The position numbers and the translations under genes were made by a program. Below the pieces are notes generated by a model. It worked only from the letters and a program-made list of their open reading frames with translations. It ran no database searches and was not told the origin of the DNA. From contig JAFTEH010000044.1 in the NCBI GenBank assembly GCA_017453745.1, positions 4,077 through 68,076 on the forward strand: a stretch of DNA of 64,000 bases, read 5' to 3'. Every line of letters starts with the position of its first letter. Position 1 is the stretch's first letter. This DNA comes from Spirochaetaceae bacterium (GTDB taxonomy: Bacteria; Spirochaetota; Spirochaetia; Treponematales; Treponemataceae). This document shows, in pieces, positions 9,597 to 19,072 of the stretch.

Positions 9597-11513
9597 ATGC
9601 CACCTATGAAACATAGTGTTCCCAGAAAACCTGGAGAGCGACCTGATTTAAAAACGCTATTGCGACTACTTTCATATATGAAAAAATACAGACCGATTTT
9701 AGCGCTCGGAGTTGTGTTGATTTTGTTTTCTGCAATAGCAAGTGCTGCTTCATTTTTATTTTTGCGTTTTGTTATTGATGATTTTATTATGCCCTCAATA
9801 CAGAGCGGATACACTGATATGCGTGTTCTAGTTCGCATTTTAACAACGGTAGCGTGTATATATCTTGTGGGTATTCTTTCTAACTTTATCATGACTCGCC
9901 TTATGGTTATTATTGCGCACAATACACTAAAAGTTATTCGTGACCAGATGTTTGAAAAAATGCAAAACTTACCTATTACTTATTTTGATACCCATTCTTA
10001 TGGCGAAATTATGAGTTTGTATACAAATGATGCGGACACACTCCGCCAGATGATTACTCAAGCATTTCCCCAAATAACTTCATCGTTTTTTTCGATTACC
10101 ACAGTGTTTATTTCCATGTTGTATTCAAGTGTGTATTTGACAAGTTTAGTTATTGTTATAATGATTATTTCATTTCAGTTTATTAAACTCATTACAAAAA
10201 AAATTGGCTTTTATTTTGTAGAACAACAAAAAACATTGGCTGCACTAAATGGATATGTTGAAGAAATGATACATGGGCAAAAAGTTATTAAAGTTTTTTG
10301 TCATGAGCAAAAAAATATAGAAGAACTTGTTGAAAAAAACCAAGCATGGTGCTCTGCTTCAACAAAGGCTAACGCTTATGCAACTTCAATGCCTCCGATT
10401 ATGAATGCACTTGGGTACCTACAATATGTTGCGGTTGCCTTTGTCGGAGGGTGGATGGCTATTGCAGAAATGCCAAACCTGTCTATCGTAGGTATGAATG
10501 TTATTTCTATTGGGGTTTTAGCGTCTTTTTTAACGCTCACAAGAAACTTTACCCATCCGATTTCGATGATTTCAAATCAGTTTAATGCGATAGTAGCATC
10601 GTTAGCAGGTGCAAAACGAATCTTTACGCTTTTAGATGAACAAGAAGAAACAGATGAAGGCTATGTTACACTTGTCCATGCAAAAGAAATAGATGGAAAC
10701 ATTGTAGAATCTGATACACCAACCAATATGTGGGCATGGAAACATCCACATCATGATGGAACGCTCACTTACAAAAAACTTGAAGGCAAGATTATTTTTG
10801 ATACTGTTGATTTTGCCTATACTCCAGGTAAAAATGTATTACACGATATTAGTTTATATGCAAAGCCTGGTCAAAAAATTGCCTTTGTCGGAGCAACAGG
10901 CGCTGGGAAAACAACTATTACTAATTTGATAAATAGGTTTTATGACATTGCTGATGGAAAAATTCGGTATGATGATATTAATATAAATAAAATAAAAAAA
11001 TCGGATTTGCGTCGCTCTCTTGGAATTGTGTTACAAGATGTCAATTTATTTACCGATACAGTTATGGAAAATATTAGGTATGGCAATCCGGACGCAACTG
11101 ATGAACAAGTTATCGCAGCAGCAAAGATGGCTAATGCGGATTCCTTTATACAAATGTTACCAGAAGGATATAATACAATACTACAAGGCGATGGGTCGGG
11201 TCTTTCGCAAGGACAAAGGCAACTGATTTCAATAGCACGAGCAGCGGTTTCAAATCCACCCGTTATGATTTTAGATGAGGCGACTTCTTCGATTGATACT
11301 CGAACTGAAAAGTTAATCCAAGATGGCATGGATAGACTCATGGCAGGACGCACGGTTTTTGTTATAGCACATAGACTTTCAACTGTACAAAATGCAAATG
11401 CAATTATGGTGCTTGACCATGGGCGTATAATCGAAAGAGGCACCCACGAAGAGCTCATTAAACAAGAAGGTACCTATTACAAATTGTATAAGGGCGCTTT
11501 TGAGTTGGAATAA
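9597..11513 (+). CDS. ABC exporter with fused permease and ATPase (MdlB/MsbA-like)
   Basis: N-terminal TM domain, Walker A GATGAGKT, signature LSQGQRQ and ILDEATSS. Confidence 0.95.
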   Translation: MPPMKHSVPRKPGERPDLKTLLRLLSYMKKYRPILALGVVLILFSAIASAASFLFLRFVIDDFIMPSIQSGYTDMRVLVRILTTVACIYLVGILSNFIMTRLMVIIAHNTLKVIRDQMFEKMQNLPITYFDTHSYGEIMSLYTNDADTLRQMITQAFPQITSSFFSITTVFISMLYSSVYLTSLVIVIMIISFQFIKLITKKIGFYFVEQQKTLAALNGYVEEMIHGQKVIKVFCHEQKNIEELVEKNQAWCSASTKANAYATSMPPIMNALGYLQYVAVAFVGGWMAIAEMPNLSIVGMNVISIGVLASFLTLTRNFTHPISMISNQFNAIVASLAGAKRIFTLLDEQEETDEGYVTLVHAKEIDGNIVESDTPTNMWAWKHPHHDGTLTYKKLEGKIIFDTVDFAYTPGKNVLHDISLYAKPGQKIAFVGATGAGKTTITNLINRFYDIADGKIRYDDININKIKKSDLRRSLGIVLQDVNLFTDTVMENIRYGNPDATDEQVIAAAKMANADSFIQMLPEGYNTILQGDGSGLSQGQRQLISIARAAVSNPPVMILDEATSSIDTRTEKLIQDGMDRLMAGRTVFVIAHRLSTVQNANAIMVLDHGRIIERGTHEELIKQEGTYYKLYKGAFELE

Positions 11514-11552
11514 GCAACAAGCTCATCAAAAGCGATGGGGATGTCGTTTACT

Positions 11553-11665
11553 AAGGGAGCACGGGAGCACTCACGAACAGTTTTTGGGCGTTTTGTATCA
11601 TTCTGGTAATTTTAACAAGTACTTAAAAAATACGCCCAAAATGATAAATGGTTTTAAGCTCCCTT
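11553..11665 (+). ncRNA. Candidate 6S-like structured RNA upstream of ygfA
   Basis: Nested stems AAGGGAGC/GCTCCCTT and TTTTGGGCGT/ACGCCCAAAA flank a two-sided bubble. ssrS-ygfA synteny is common in bacteria, but this element is shorter than a typical 6S RNA. Confidence 0.3.
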
Positions 11666-11679
11666 TTATCGTAAAGGTT

Positions 11680-12348
11680 ATGAATAGCAAACAGGAAATA
11701 AGAAAACAAATACAGACGAGATTTAGAGAAAATCAAGCGTATTGCACACAGATTAATCAAAAAATACGGAGCAAAGAAACAGTTACTCAGATAGTACGCA
11801 TGCTCACCGAAAAACGACAGTATAAAACTATCTTTGGCTTTGCTGAATTACAGGATGAATTTCCCTGCCTTGATGTACTTGACGCCTTTTTACATGATGC
11901 ACCCAAAAAAAACATTGGGCTTCCTCTTGTTTCGGGAAAGGATTTGATTTTTAAGCAGGTCGGTGTGCAAGAATGTGATATACGAAAAGAACTTACACAA
12001 GCACATTTTGGAATTTTAGAGCCCCGCCCCGAAAGTAACACTCTTTTTTCTACGCAAGAAGATTTTTATAGTACGCAATCTGATGCAGTAACGGCACTTT
12101 CGCCTCTTCTTGTGTTAACACCAGGCAGAGCGTTTACACACGATGGAAAAAGACTCGGACGAGGTGGTGGCTACTATGATAAACTATTTAGTATACTAGA
12201 CCTTTTAAGGCGCACCCATAAGCATTTTATCTTTGATACGGTAGGTTTAGCGTACCATTTCCAGATATACGACAAGCTACCCATAGAGCAGTTTGATTAT
12301 ACTGTAGATACTCTATACACCGAAAAGGACATTCTACACGGTAGGTAA
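11680..12348 (+). CDS. ygfA: 5-formyltetrahydrofolate cyclo-ligase
   Basis: Motifs FGILEP, PGRAFTHDGKRLGRGGGYYDK and D-x-x-VD. The start is moved to ATG 11680, which has an AAAGG RBS. Confidence 0.92.
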   Translation: MNSKQEIRKQIQTRFRENQAYCTQINQKIRSKETVTQIVRMLTEKRQYKTIFGFAELQDEFPCLDVLDAFLHDAPKKNIGLPLVSGKDLIFKQVGVQECDIRKELTQAHFGILEPRPESNTLFSTQEDFYSTQSDAVTALSPLLVLTPGRAFTHDGKRLGRGGGYYDKLFSILDLLRRTHKHFIFDTVGLAYHFQIYDKLPIEQFDYTVDTLYTEKDILHGR

Positions 12349-12364
12349 AACACTGCCCGTATAT

Positions 12365-13330
12365 TTAATTGCTCTGTTTTAAAATACCTTCTTTTTCCAA
12401 TAAGTCAAAGACACTTTTTTCACCTAAAAAGTGCCCTGCCCCAGCAAAGATAAATGCATTGCCCCCTTGTTTTAAGAGCTTTTTCACGATTTTTACCCAA
12501 TTTGCATTTCTATTTGTCAACAACAGGGCTCTATATTCTTCAAGAATAGCAATATCAATTTCTTTGTTTGTATCATTTAAGATTTCTGTTAATGTTTTTT
12601 TATCATTATTGGTATATGAACTAAATAGTTGTTCCATTTCACTTTCATATTCGCCTGTTTTCATTTTTTTCAGTGTATCTTTCAGAGAATACAGTTGATA
12701 CTCATACGGCATACCAACAAGAACCGAAATTTGTGTTTTTATCGTATCAAGCCCCTTAACTTTTTTTTGCAATAATGTAGCAAGAGAAAAAAAGTACATA
12801 TCAATACCCAATTCCGAAGAAAATCCTGCCTGATACGAAGCAATAGTGTCAATCACTGAACTAAGCACCCACGGTTCTGCCGCTTTGAGTGATGACTTGA
12901 GCACATCAATAGGAATATTCTGTAATTTGGCGGCTTCCATATTATCACGCAAATATCTCACATACAGGTCTTCAAACTGTTCTATTTCCTGTTCAGTCAA
13001 ATACTGATAGGCATGACGCTCTGGTGGTACAAGGTACGATGATTCAAACATTTTTGATTTAACCTGTTCACTTAATTCCGTCATATCGGTATCGGAAACT
13101 TCCGCATAAATACTATCAGAAGAAGAAAACGCTTCAATCACTGGTTGCTCAATCGGATAGAGCTCATCATTCCCCAAGTGCATTGTTCCCAATACATACA
13201 CAGAGCCCTTTGGCCCTTGTAGTTCCCAAAACATTCTCTCTTCGCGTTCGATCAATGTTGCCTGAAGAGTCGAACAAGAAAAAAAAGTTAAAACAACAAA
13301 AAAAAGATAAAAAAAAGTAAAGCGCTTCAT
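12365..13330 (-). CDS. TraB/GumN family lipoprotein
   Basis: Lipobox FFSC; motifs VYVLGTMH, GLDTIKTQ, RNANW and AGAGHF. Confidence 0.9.
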   Translation of the reverse strand: MKRFTFFYLFFVVLTFFSCSTLQATLIEREERMFWELQGPKGSVYVLGTMHLGNDELYPIEQPVIEAFSSSDSIYAEVSDTDMTELSEQVKSKMFESSYLVPPERHAYQYLTEQEIEQFEDLYVRYLRDNMEAAKLQNIPIDVLKSSLKAAEPWVLSSVIDTIASYQAGFSSELGIDMYFFSLATLLQKKVKGLDTIKTQISVLVGMPYEYQLYSLKDTLKKMKTGEYESEMEQLFSSYTNNDKKTLTEILNDTNKEIDIAILEEYRALLLTNRNANWVKIVKKLLKQGGNAFIFAGAGHFLGEKSVFDLLEKEGILKQSN

Positions 13331-13341
13331 AAACTAAACCC

Positions 13342-13370
13342 AGTATATGCTAAATTAAAAATAGTTTCAA
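13342..13370 (-). promoter_or_regulatory. Sigma70 promoter of the TraB/GumN gene (very short leader)
   Basis: TTGAAA-N17-TATACT ending 11 nt before the ATG; no Shine-Dalgarno sequence. Confidence 0.65.
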
Positions 13371-13422
13371 GGGTACCTCAAAACAAACGTGGCTTTTCAA
13401 TTATGCCTACCTGTCTAAAGCA

Positions 13423-14235
13423 TTACTGCTCACTAAGATATGTCGTCCATATCTGCATTGCAATACCATACGCAACTCCGACATTAACAGAGGCTTTAAT
13501 TCCGTGCATGCGAATACTAAGACGGTGTGTGCACAGACGCAAGGCTTCACTCGAAAGTCCGAGTTCTTCTGATCCCACAAGTAAGATTGCTTTTTTCGGA
13601 AAAACAAATGTATGTATATCGCTGCCACCAGTTTCCAAGCCCAAAACAGGAAAATCGCTTGGCAAGGAATCAAGGACTGAAGCTAATGCTTTTCGCTCAT
13701 GGGGCACAAAATCAATACAGCCCATTGCACTCCGTATCGCGCGCGGATGTTCAGCAGACACACAGTCGGGCGACAAAAAAATCTTTTGTACACCAAAGGC
13801 ATCTGCGGTTCGAAATAAAGAGCCGAGATTAAACGGCGAGCGAATACTTTCAGCATAGAGATAAACATCTGGGAAAAAAGTTCTTGCACCTTTTTCTTGA
13901 CTACTGCGCTCGCTCGGTAAAATTAAATCCCACTCGGACGGAATTTCGCCAGTAATAGTATATAAAAAATGTCGGGTGTCATTTATAAGTCGTATACGGA
14001 TACATTCGACTTCAGTTTCTAAAAACCTATTACCAAAAAAAACCGTCCACCTTGATTGTAAGGTTTTGTTAAGTTCAGCAAAAACAATATTGATTAACTG
14101 CTTTAAGTAAAAAGATTGACTCAGTTCGGGTGATTTTTTCTGTACTAAGGCTTGCTCTATTTCTTCCAAAAGCAAAACTACTTTTTTTATCCGCTTAATG
14201 CGTGGAAGAGCAGCAATTTTAAAAAACTCAATCAT
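13423..14235 (-). CDS. TrmH/SpoU family RNA methyltransferase
   Basis: Motifs IRSPFNLGSLFRTADAFG, VGSEELGLS and I-x-M-x-G-x-x-x-S-V-NV. The start is moved to ATG 14235. Confidence 0.9.
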   Translation of the reverse strand: MIEFFKIAALPRIKRIKKVVLLLEEIEQALVQKKSPELSQSFYLKQLINIVFAELNKTLQSRWTVFFGNRFLETEVECIRIRLINDTRHFLYTITGEIPSEWDLILPSERSSQEKGARTFFPDVYLYAESIRSPFNLGSLFRTADAFGVQKIFLSPDCVSAEHPRAIRSAMGCIDFVPHERKALASVLDSLPSDFPVLGLETGGSDIHTFVFPKKAILLVGSEELGLSSEALRLCTHRLSIRMHGIKASVNVGVAYGIAMQIWTTYLSEQ

Positions 14236-14248
14236 TAAAGCAAAAGTA

Positions 14249-14770
14249 CTAATATTGAATGAGCGTAGTAACAGGAATAGGAGATAGTCCTTTTGCGTAG
14301 GGGAATTCTGACAAACCAATTATTGCAAAAAATTCAGATACAGTTCCACCGCCCTGTTCAATTAAACTTTGGGCTGCTCGTAATGTTCCACCGGTCGCAA
14401 TTAAATCATCAACAACTAAGTAGCGTTTTCCCTGATGTATGTCTGCTTTATGTGCTTCAATAGTAGCTGTCCCATACTCCAATGAATATGAACAGGTATA
14501 TTTTTCGCCTGGCAACTTACCTTTTTTACGAATAAGTAACAATGGCAAATGCAAGCGCTCCGCTAATGGGGCCGCAAATAAAAAACCTCGTGATTCTACC
14601 CCCGCAATAGCATCTATATTCATGCCTTTATAACGCTCACACATTGCTTCAATACAAAAAGAAAAAGCTTCAGGTTGTGTAAAAATACTCGTAATATCGT
14701 AAAAAAGGATTCCTGGTTTAGGAAAATCAGGAACTCGTCTAATAGCTTTATCTAAATCAAATCCGCTCAT
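14249..14770 (-). CDS. apt: Adenine phosphoribosyltransferase
   Basis: Motifs IRRVPDFPKPGILFYDIT, ESRGF, RKKGKLP and VDDLIATGGT. Confidence 0.97.
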   Translation of the reverse strand: MSGFDLDKAIRRVPDFPKPGILFYDITSIFTQPEAFSFCIEAMCERYKGMNIDAIAGVESRGFLFAAPLAERLHLPLLLIRKKGKLPGEKYTCSYSLEYGTATIEAHKADIHQGKRYLVVDDLIATGGTLRAAQSLIEQGGGTVSEFFAIIGLSEFPYAKGLSPIPVTTLIQY

Positions 14771-14860
14771 AGCGTTTTTAATTATACCGTAAATCAAATG
14801 TTTCGTCAAGTAAGACAGAGGCGCATAATTTTTCTTTTTTACGAGATACCCCGTATGTAC

Positions 14861-14888
14861 TTGAAAAAAAAAGTATTCATATCATAAT
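14861..14888 (+). promoter_or_regulatory. Sigma70 promoter of kbl
   Basis: TTGAAA-N16-CATAAT with an A9 tract; AGGAGG RBS downstream. Confidence 0.55.
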
Positions 14889-14906
14889 AGGATATAGGAG
14901 GAACGT

Positions 14907-16091
14907 ATGTCCGTTCATGAAGTTCAGTATTTACACGAAAAAGTTCAAGCCTTAAAAAACGATGGGGTGTATAAAACACTCGTCACCGTTGATGGCCCAA
15001 ATGAAGTTGAATGTGTAATTGACGGGAAGAAAGTTATTAACCTTTCATCAAATAATTATTTAGGATTTGCTAACCATCCACGATTAAAAAAAGCAGCTAT
15101 TGCAGCAATCGAAAAATATGGGGTTGGTGCTGGGGCTGTTCGACCTATTGTGGGGAATCTTACAATTCATAATGAACTAGAAGCAGCTCTTGTAGCCTTT
15201 AAGCGAGAAGAAGCGGTTATGGTGTTTCAATCTGGGTTTAATTGTAATGCAGGTGTAATCCAAGCAGTTACAGACAAGGGCGATTTAATCATTTCTGATG
15301 AACTAAATCACGCTTCCATCATAGATGGAACTCGACTTTCCAAAGCCGATAAAACAATTTTTAAACACTCAGATATGCAAGACTTAGAAAGAGTTTTGCA
15401 AGAAAAACGGAATCAATATTCTCAAGTGCTTATTATCACCGATGGGGTATTTTCAATGGATGGGGATATAGCAAAACTCCCAGAAATTGTCAACTTAGCT
15501 GAAAAATACAACTGTCTTACCTATGTAGACGATGCTCATGCCAGTGGTGTATTAGGAGAAAGTGGTCGTGGCAGTGTAGACCATTTTCACCTGCATGGAC
15601 GCGTTGATTTTGCAATGGGTACTCTTTCAAAGGCTATTGGTGTTGTCGGTGGATATGTTGCAGGAAAACAAGTAAGCATTGACTGGTTACGAAACAGGGC
15701 TCGTCCCTTTTTATTTTCGACAGGCATGACACCTGCAGATGCGGGAGCCTGTATTGAAGCGATTAAAATGCTATCAGAATCGACAGAATATACTGATAAA
15801 CTATGGGCAAATGCACGATTTTTCAAAGAAAAACTCAGTACATTAGGCTTTAACACAGGAAATAGTGAAACACCAATCACCCCTGTCATTATAGGAAACG
15901 AAGCGGACACATTGCTTTTTTCTAAGAAACTTTTTGAAAATGGTCTTTTTACTGGTCCTATTGTATTTCCAACCGTACCTAAGGGAACGGGACGAGTGCG
16001 TTGTATGGTAAGTGCAGGACACACTCCTGAATTACTTGAGCGAGCCGTAGCAATATTTGAAAAAACAGGAAAAGAACTAAAAATTATTTAA
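14907..16091 (+). CDS. kbl: Glycine C-acetyltransferase (2-amino-3-ketobutyrate CoA ligase)
   Basis: Motifs [35 protein letters not shown] and GTLSKA. Confidence 0.9.
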   Translation: MSVHEVQYLHEKVQALKNDGVYKTLVTVDGPNEVECVIDGKKVINLSSNNYLGFANHPRLKKAAIAAIEKYGVGAGAVRPIVGNLTIHNELEAALVAFKREEAVMVFQSGFNCNAGVIQAVTDKGDLIISDELNHASIIDGTRLSKADKTIFKHSDMQDLERVLQEKRNQYSQVLIITDGVFSMDGDIAKLPEIVNLAEKYNCLTYVDDAHASGVLGESGRGSVDHFHLHGRVDFAMGTLSKAIGVVGGYVAGKQVSIDWLRNRARPFLFSTGMTPADAGACIEAIKMLSESTEYTDKLWANARFFKEKLSTLGFNTGNSETPITPVIIGNEADTLLFSKKLFENGLFTGPIVFPTVPKGTGRVRCMVSAGHTPELLERAVAIFEKTGKELKII

Positions 16092-16111
16092 GAGCGTTTT
16101 TTATTCCTTTA

Positions 16112-16153
16112 AAATAAAACCTCGAAAAAGTATCATTTTTCGAGGTTTTATTT
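16112..16153. terminator. Bidirectional terminator-like perfect 18-bp hairpin
   Basis: AAATAAAACCTCGAAAAA-gtatca-TTTTTCGAGGTTTTATTT between convergent genes. Confidence 0.8.
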
Positions 16154-18356
16154 ATTCTTTATTGAGTTTTAGTATTCCCATAAACTGAAAATAAGAATCG
16201 TGAACGGAAATTGAGCCATCGTAGTTAAGGGCTAAAAGCAAAGTATTAGAAAAAGAAACCTGTTTAAATAGCGAATAACTACGGTTAAGCGTATATGGGG
16301 CAGTGTTATCAAAGGCTATCAAGGCAAAGTTCCCCAAATTTGTAACCATCTGGTGTTCACGAGATGCTACACTTGCAGTAAGACTTTCACCTGAAAGTTC
16401 GAGTAAACGCTGGAAAGTACTCTGTAGTGGATAGTGAGTATCCAAGTCGATGGTGTATAGGTTTGTTTTTAACTTTCCATTTTCGTTATCAAGCACAAAG
16501 CAGTATACTTGTTTTTCGTTCGTAGTATTTTTAGTTAACCCATAGGCAAAAAGTCCATTGATTGAAAAGGGTAATGTTTCTAAGGTTTTTATATTAACGA
16601 GTAAAAGCGGACTTGACAAATCGCTTGCATTTTTTGCAATTAAAATATGGGTGTTATCAACCAACACCGCTGACTGAATTGTTTCTAGTGGATATTCTAA
16701 AAACAGTTTTTTATCTTGGATTGTAAAAAGAGAACAACCAAAATGCTTTTGGGCAATGAGTACCTCATTTCCAGAAACTGAAATACTGAGCACGACATCT
16801 TTCGGTTTAAAAAAACTCGTGAGTGTTCTCGTAGAAAAAGAATAAAAATAAACACTTTCTTTTGTTTTGGAATTCCACAAAAAAATACCTGCCTCACACG
16901 GCTCCATTGAATCCACTTGTATTTTGGAAGAAAGAGTAACTACATCTGTTAAAAAAAGTTCGTGCTCATCAGCATGATAAAGCGCATGTTTTGTGAGTGC
17001 ATATACATTTTTTTTATAGCCTTTTATATCGACGCAGGATTCAAAGTGCGGAACTGATAATTGGCGTAAACTATATTGAGTTTGGGAACTTTCTCGTAAC
17101 TCGTATACAAAACCTGAATCCGTTCCCATAAGAATGGACTGTCCCATACGCAATGCAGCTGTAACATGTTCGTTTGTTCCCAGTGAAAAATCAATGCGTT
17201 TTGCATCTCCGTGCTTGACAGAATACTTAGTAGAACTAATGCGCTCTATCCAGATGGGAACTGTATCGGTAATCTGAGAAACAAAAATCGGTTCTGAACT
17301 AACCTTGTAGGTTTGGTTAATCTTTCCCGAAAGAGCATCAATAAAAAGTATCGAATTTTTTTTATAGCCTGCAATCGCCGTAAAATTTTTTAGTATGATA
17401 GGTTTTTGAAGTTTTGTTTCAGTTTGATACATTGTAGGCAACGCTTGTGTTTTAAGGTTAGTATATACAAGCGAGCCTGTTTCACTATAGGTCAATACGC
17501 TTTTTTCACTTGCTGCTGTTGCTGCCAAAGCTACGATTCCAGGTGGTACTTCAAACACAGAACAATCCTGTCCATTTACATCATAGACATGAATACCGTA
17601 CACCGAAGTATCTCCCACAAAAAGATATGTACCGCGTGCAGACCAAGAAAGTGATATAACATTATTTTCAAGTTGTTTTACAAATACCCGTTCCTTTGTT
17701 TTCCAATCCCATAATGACACTTGATACCTATTTAATTCATCAGTTTCATAAATAGCAATGAGTGGTAATGTAGGATGAACTGCTAGATGCGCAATAGTAT
17801 ACGGAGACAGTTGCCAAGTGTCTGGGATATAATCGGGATAGGAATACGAAGTAACAAAACCATCTTTACCAGCCACAAAAAAAACCGATTCTTGTGCCGA
17901 AATTGCACTGACACCACCTAAAAATAAATGAGCCGTATTATATGAAACAGAACTCGTATCTCCTATTGGCTCCTGCTCTTCAGTATTATTGATGTCCTCA
18001 TGTTCTCCATCAGTACTTTCAGTTTCACTTGCGCTATTAGTTTGTTCATCAACGCTATCGTCATTATCCACAGAACTATCTTCATCATTATCATCTAGTG
18101 CAAGGGTTTTGTAGTATTCGGCGAGCCAATTAAAAAAAGTTCTATCATATAATTCATGTGAACTTATATCTGTAAACAAAGAGGGAGTGGTACTTGTGTC
18201 ATCTGGTTCTTCCGTAGCAGTAGTGTTTGTCTGGTTATTTTGTTGACCTGTTCCAACTGTAGTACGAGTGTCAGCGACAACAAAATGTGTACTACAAAAA
18301 ACACAATATAATACGCAAACAAAAAAACGACTAAGACAACCAACTTGAGTTTTCAT
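16152..18356 (-). CDS. Secreted WD40/beta-propeller-like protein with an acidic low-complexity N-terminus
   Basis: 734-aa ORF with a signal peptide, a D/E/S/T-rich segment and WD-like repeats (SLWDWK, LSWSARG). Confidence 0.75.
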   Translation of the reverse strand: MKTQVGCLSRFFVCVLYCVFCSTHFVVADTRTTVGTGQQNNQTNTTATEEPDDTSTTPSLFTDISSHELYDRTFFNWLAEYYKTLALDDNDEDSSVDNDDSVDEQTNSASETESTDGEHEDINNTEEQEPIGDTSSVSYNTAHLFLGGVSAISAQESVFFVAGKDGFVTSYSYPDYIPDTWQLSPYTIAHLAVHPTLPLIAIYETDELNRYQVSLWDWKTKERVFVKQLENNVISLSWSARGTYLFVGDTSVYGIHVYDVNGQDCSVFEVPPGIVALAATAASEKSVLTYSETGSLVYTNLKTQALPTMYQTETKLQKPIILKNFTAIAGYKKNSILFIDALSGKINQTYKVSSEPIFVSQITDTVPIWIERISSTKYSVKHGDAKRIDFSLGTNEHVTAALRMGQSILMGTDSGFVYELRESSQTQYSLRQLSVPHFESCVDIKGYKKNVYALTKHALYHADEHELFLTDVVTLSSKIQVDSMEPCEAGIFLWNSKTKESVYFYSFSTRTLTSFFKPKDVVLSISVSGNEVLIAQKHFGCSLFTIQDKKLFLEYPLETIQSAVLVDNTHILIAKNASDLSSPLLLVNIKTLETLPFSINGLFAYGLTKNTTNEKQVYCFVLDNENGKLKTNLYTIDLDTHYPLQSTFQRLLELSGESLTASVASREHQMVTNLGNFALIAFDNTAPYTLNRSYSLFKQVSFSNTLLLALNYDGSISVHDSYFQFMGILKLNKE

Positions 18357-18384
18357 TTAAGAATACTCCCACCTCATAAACGCA

Positions 18385-19014
18385 TTAGTTTTCCACAAAG
18401 ACATTTTTATACGAAATATATGGACCGACAACCACAGCAGCAAAAATATCTTTCTTTTTACTCTTTCGATAATCTTGAGCCATATTTTCATACAGGGAAG
18501 ACGGCACACCGATAATTCCTATCTTTTCACCCATTCCATCAACAAAAAACTCTAACTTGTTTTCGGATACACCTTTAAACGCAATTTCCAACTTGGATTT
18601 ATCATTTTTTGCACCATCTAACACAACAAACTTTAGCGCCTCAAGAACAGTAGGGTCAAGTTCTGCATTAATACAATTAAGTCTATCAAGGAGTTCCCAC
18701 ATACCTATGACAGGGCTTTCATCTTTTTCAAACGGGCAGGTTTCCCCAGACTTTGAAGCAAGTTTTTCATTTTTTGAAAATGCCAAACAAAGGTACCGTT
18801 TTTTTTCTGGAATACAAACAAGCTTTATACCCTTTTGTTTCCAGCTAATGTGCATTGCTACATCTGGACGAACAGCAGAACCACATTTTGGACAACGAAA
18901 ACTATTAAAACTGCCACTTTTAATTTTATCGATAAATGAGGGGTCTGCATCTAAATCAATATGAGTTACTGGTGTAACCTCAAACTTGTTTTCACATAAG
19001 CATTGTACTTTCAT
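18385..19014 (-). CDS. CpXC domain protein
   Basis: N-terminal CLC and a CPKCG zinc-ribbon motif. Confidence 0.85.
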   Translation of the reverse strand: MKVQCLCENKFEVTPVTHIDLDADPSFIDKIKSGSFNSFRCPKCGSAVRPDVAMHISWKQKGIKLVCIPEKKRYLCLAFSKNEKLASKSGETCPFEKDESPVIGMWELLDRLNCINAELDPTVLEALKFVVLDGAKNDKSKLEIAFKGVSENKLEFFVDGMGEKIGIIGVPSSLYENMAQDYRKSKKKDIFAAVVVGPYISYKNVFVEN

Positions 19015-19072
19015 ACCTTATCTCCAACAATCAATGTATCTGATCACCATGTCTTAAATTATTTTCACTTGT

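Noticed and set aside
11537-11560. tmRNA 5'-like GGGGATG
   Set aside because: The gap is only about 165 bp, with no TTCGAC D-loop and no CCA 3' end.
11500-11679. 60-aa N-terminal extension of YgfA
   Set aside because: It overlaps the upstream stop and the structured region; the family-like sequence and RBS begin at 11680.
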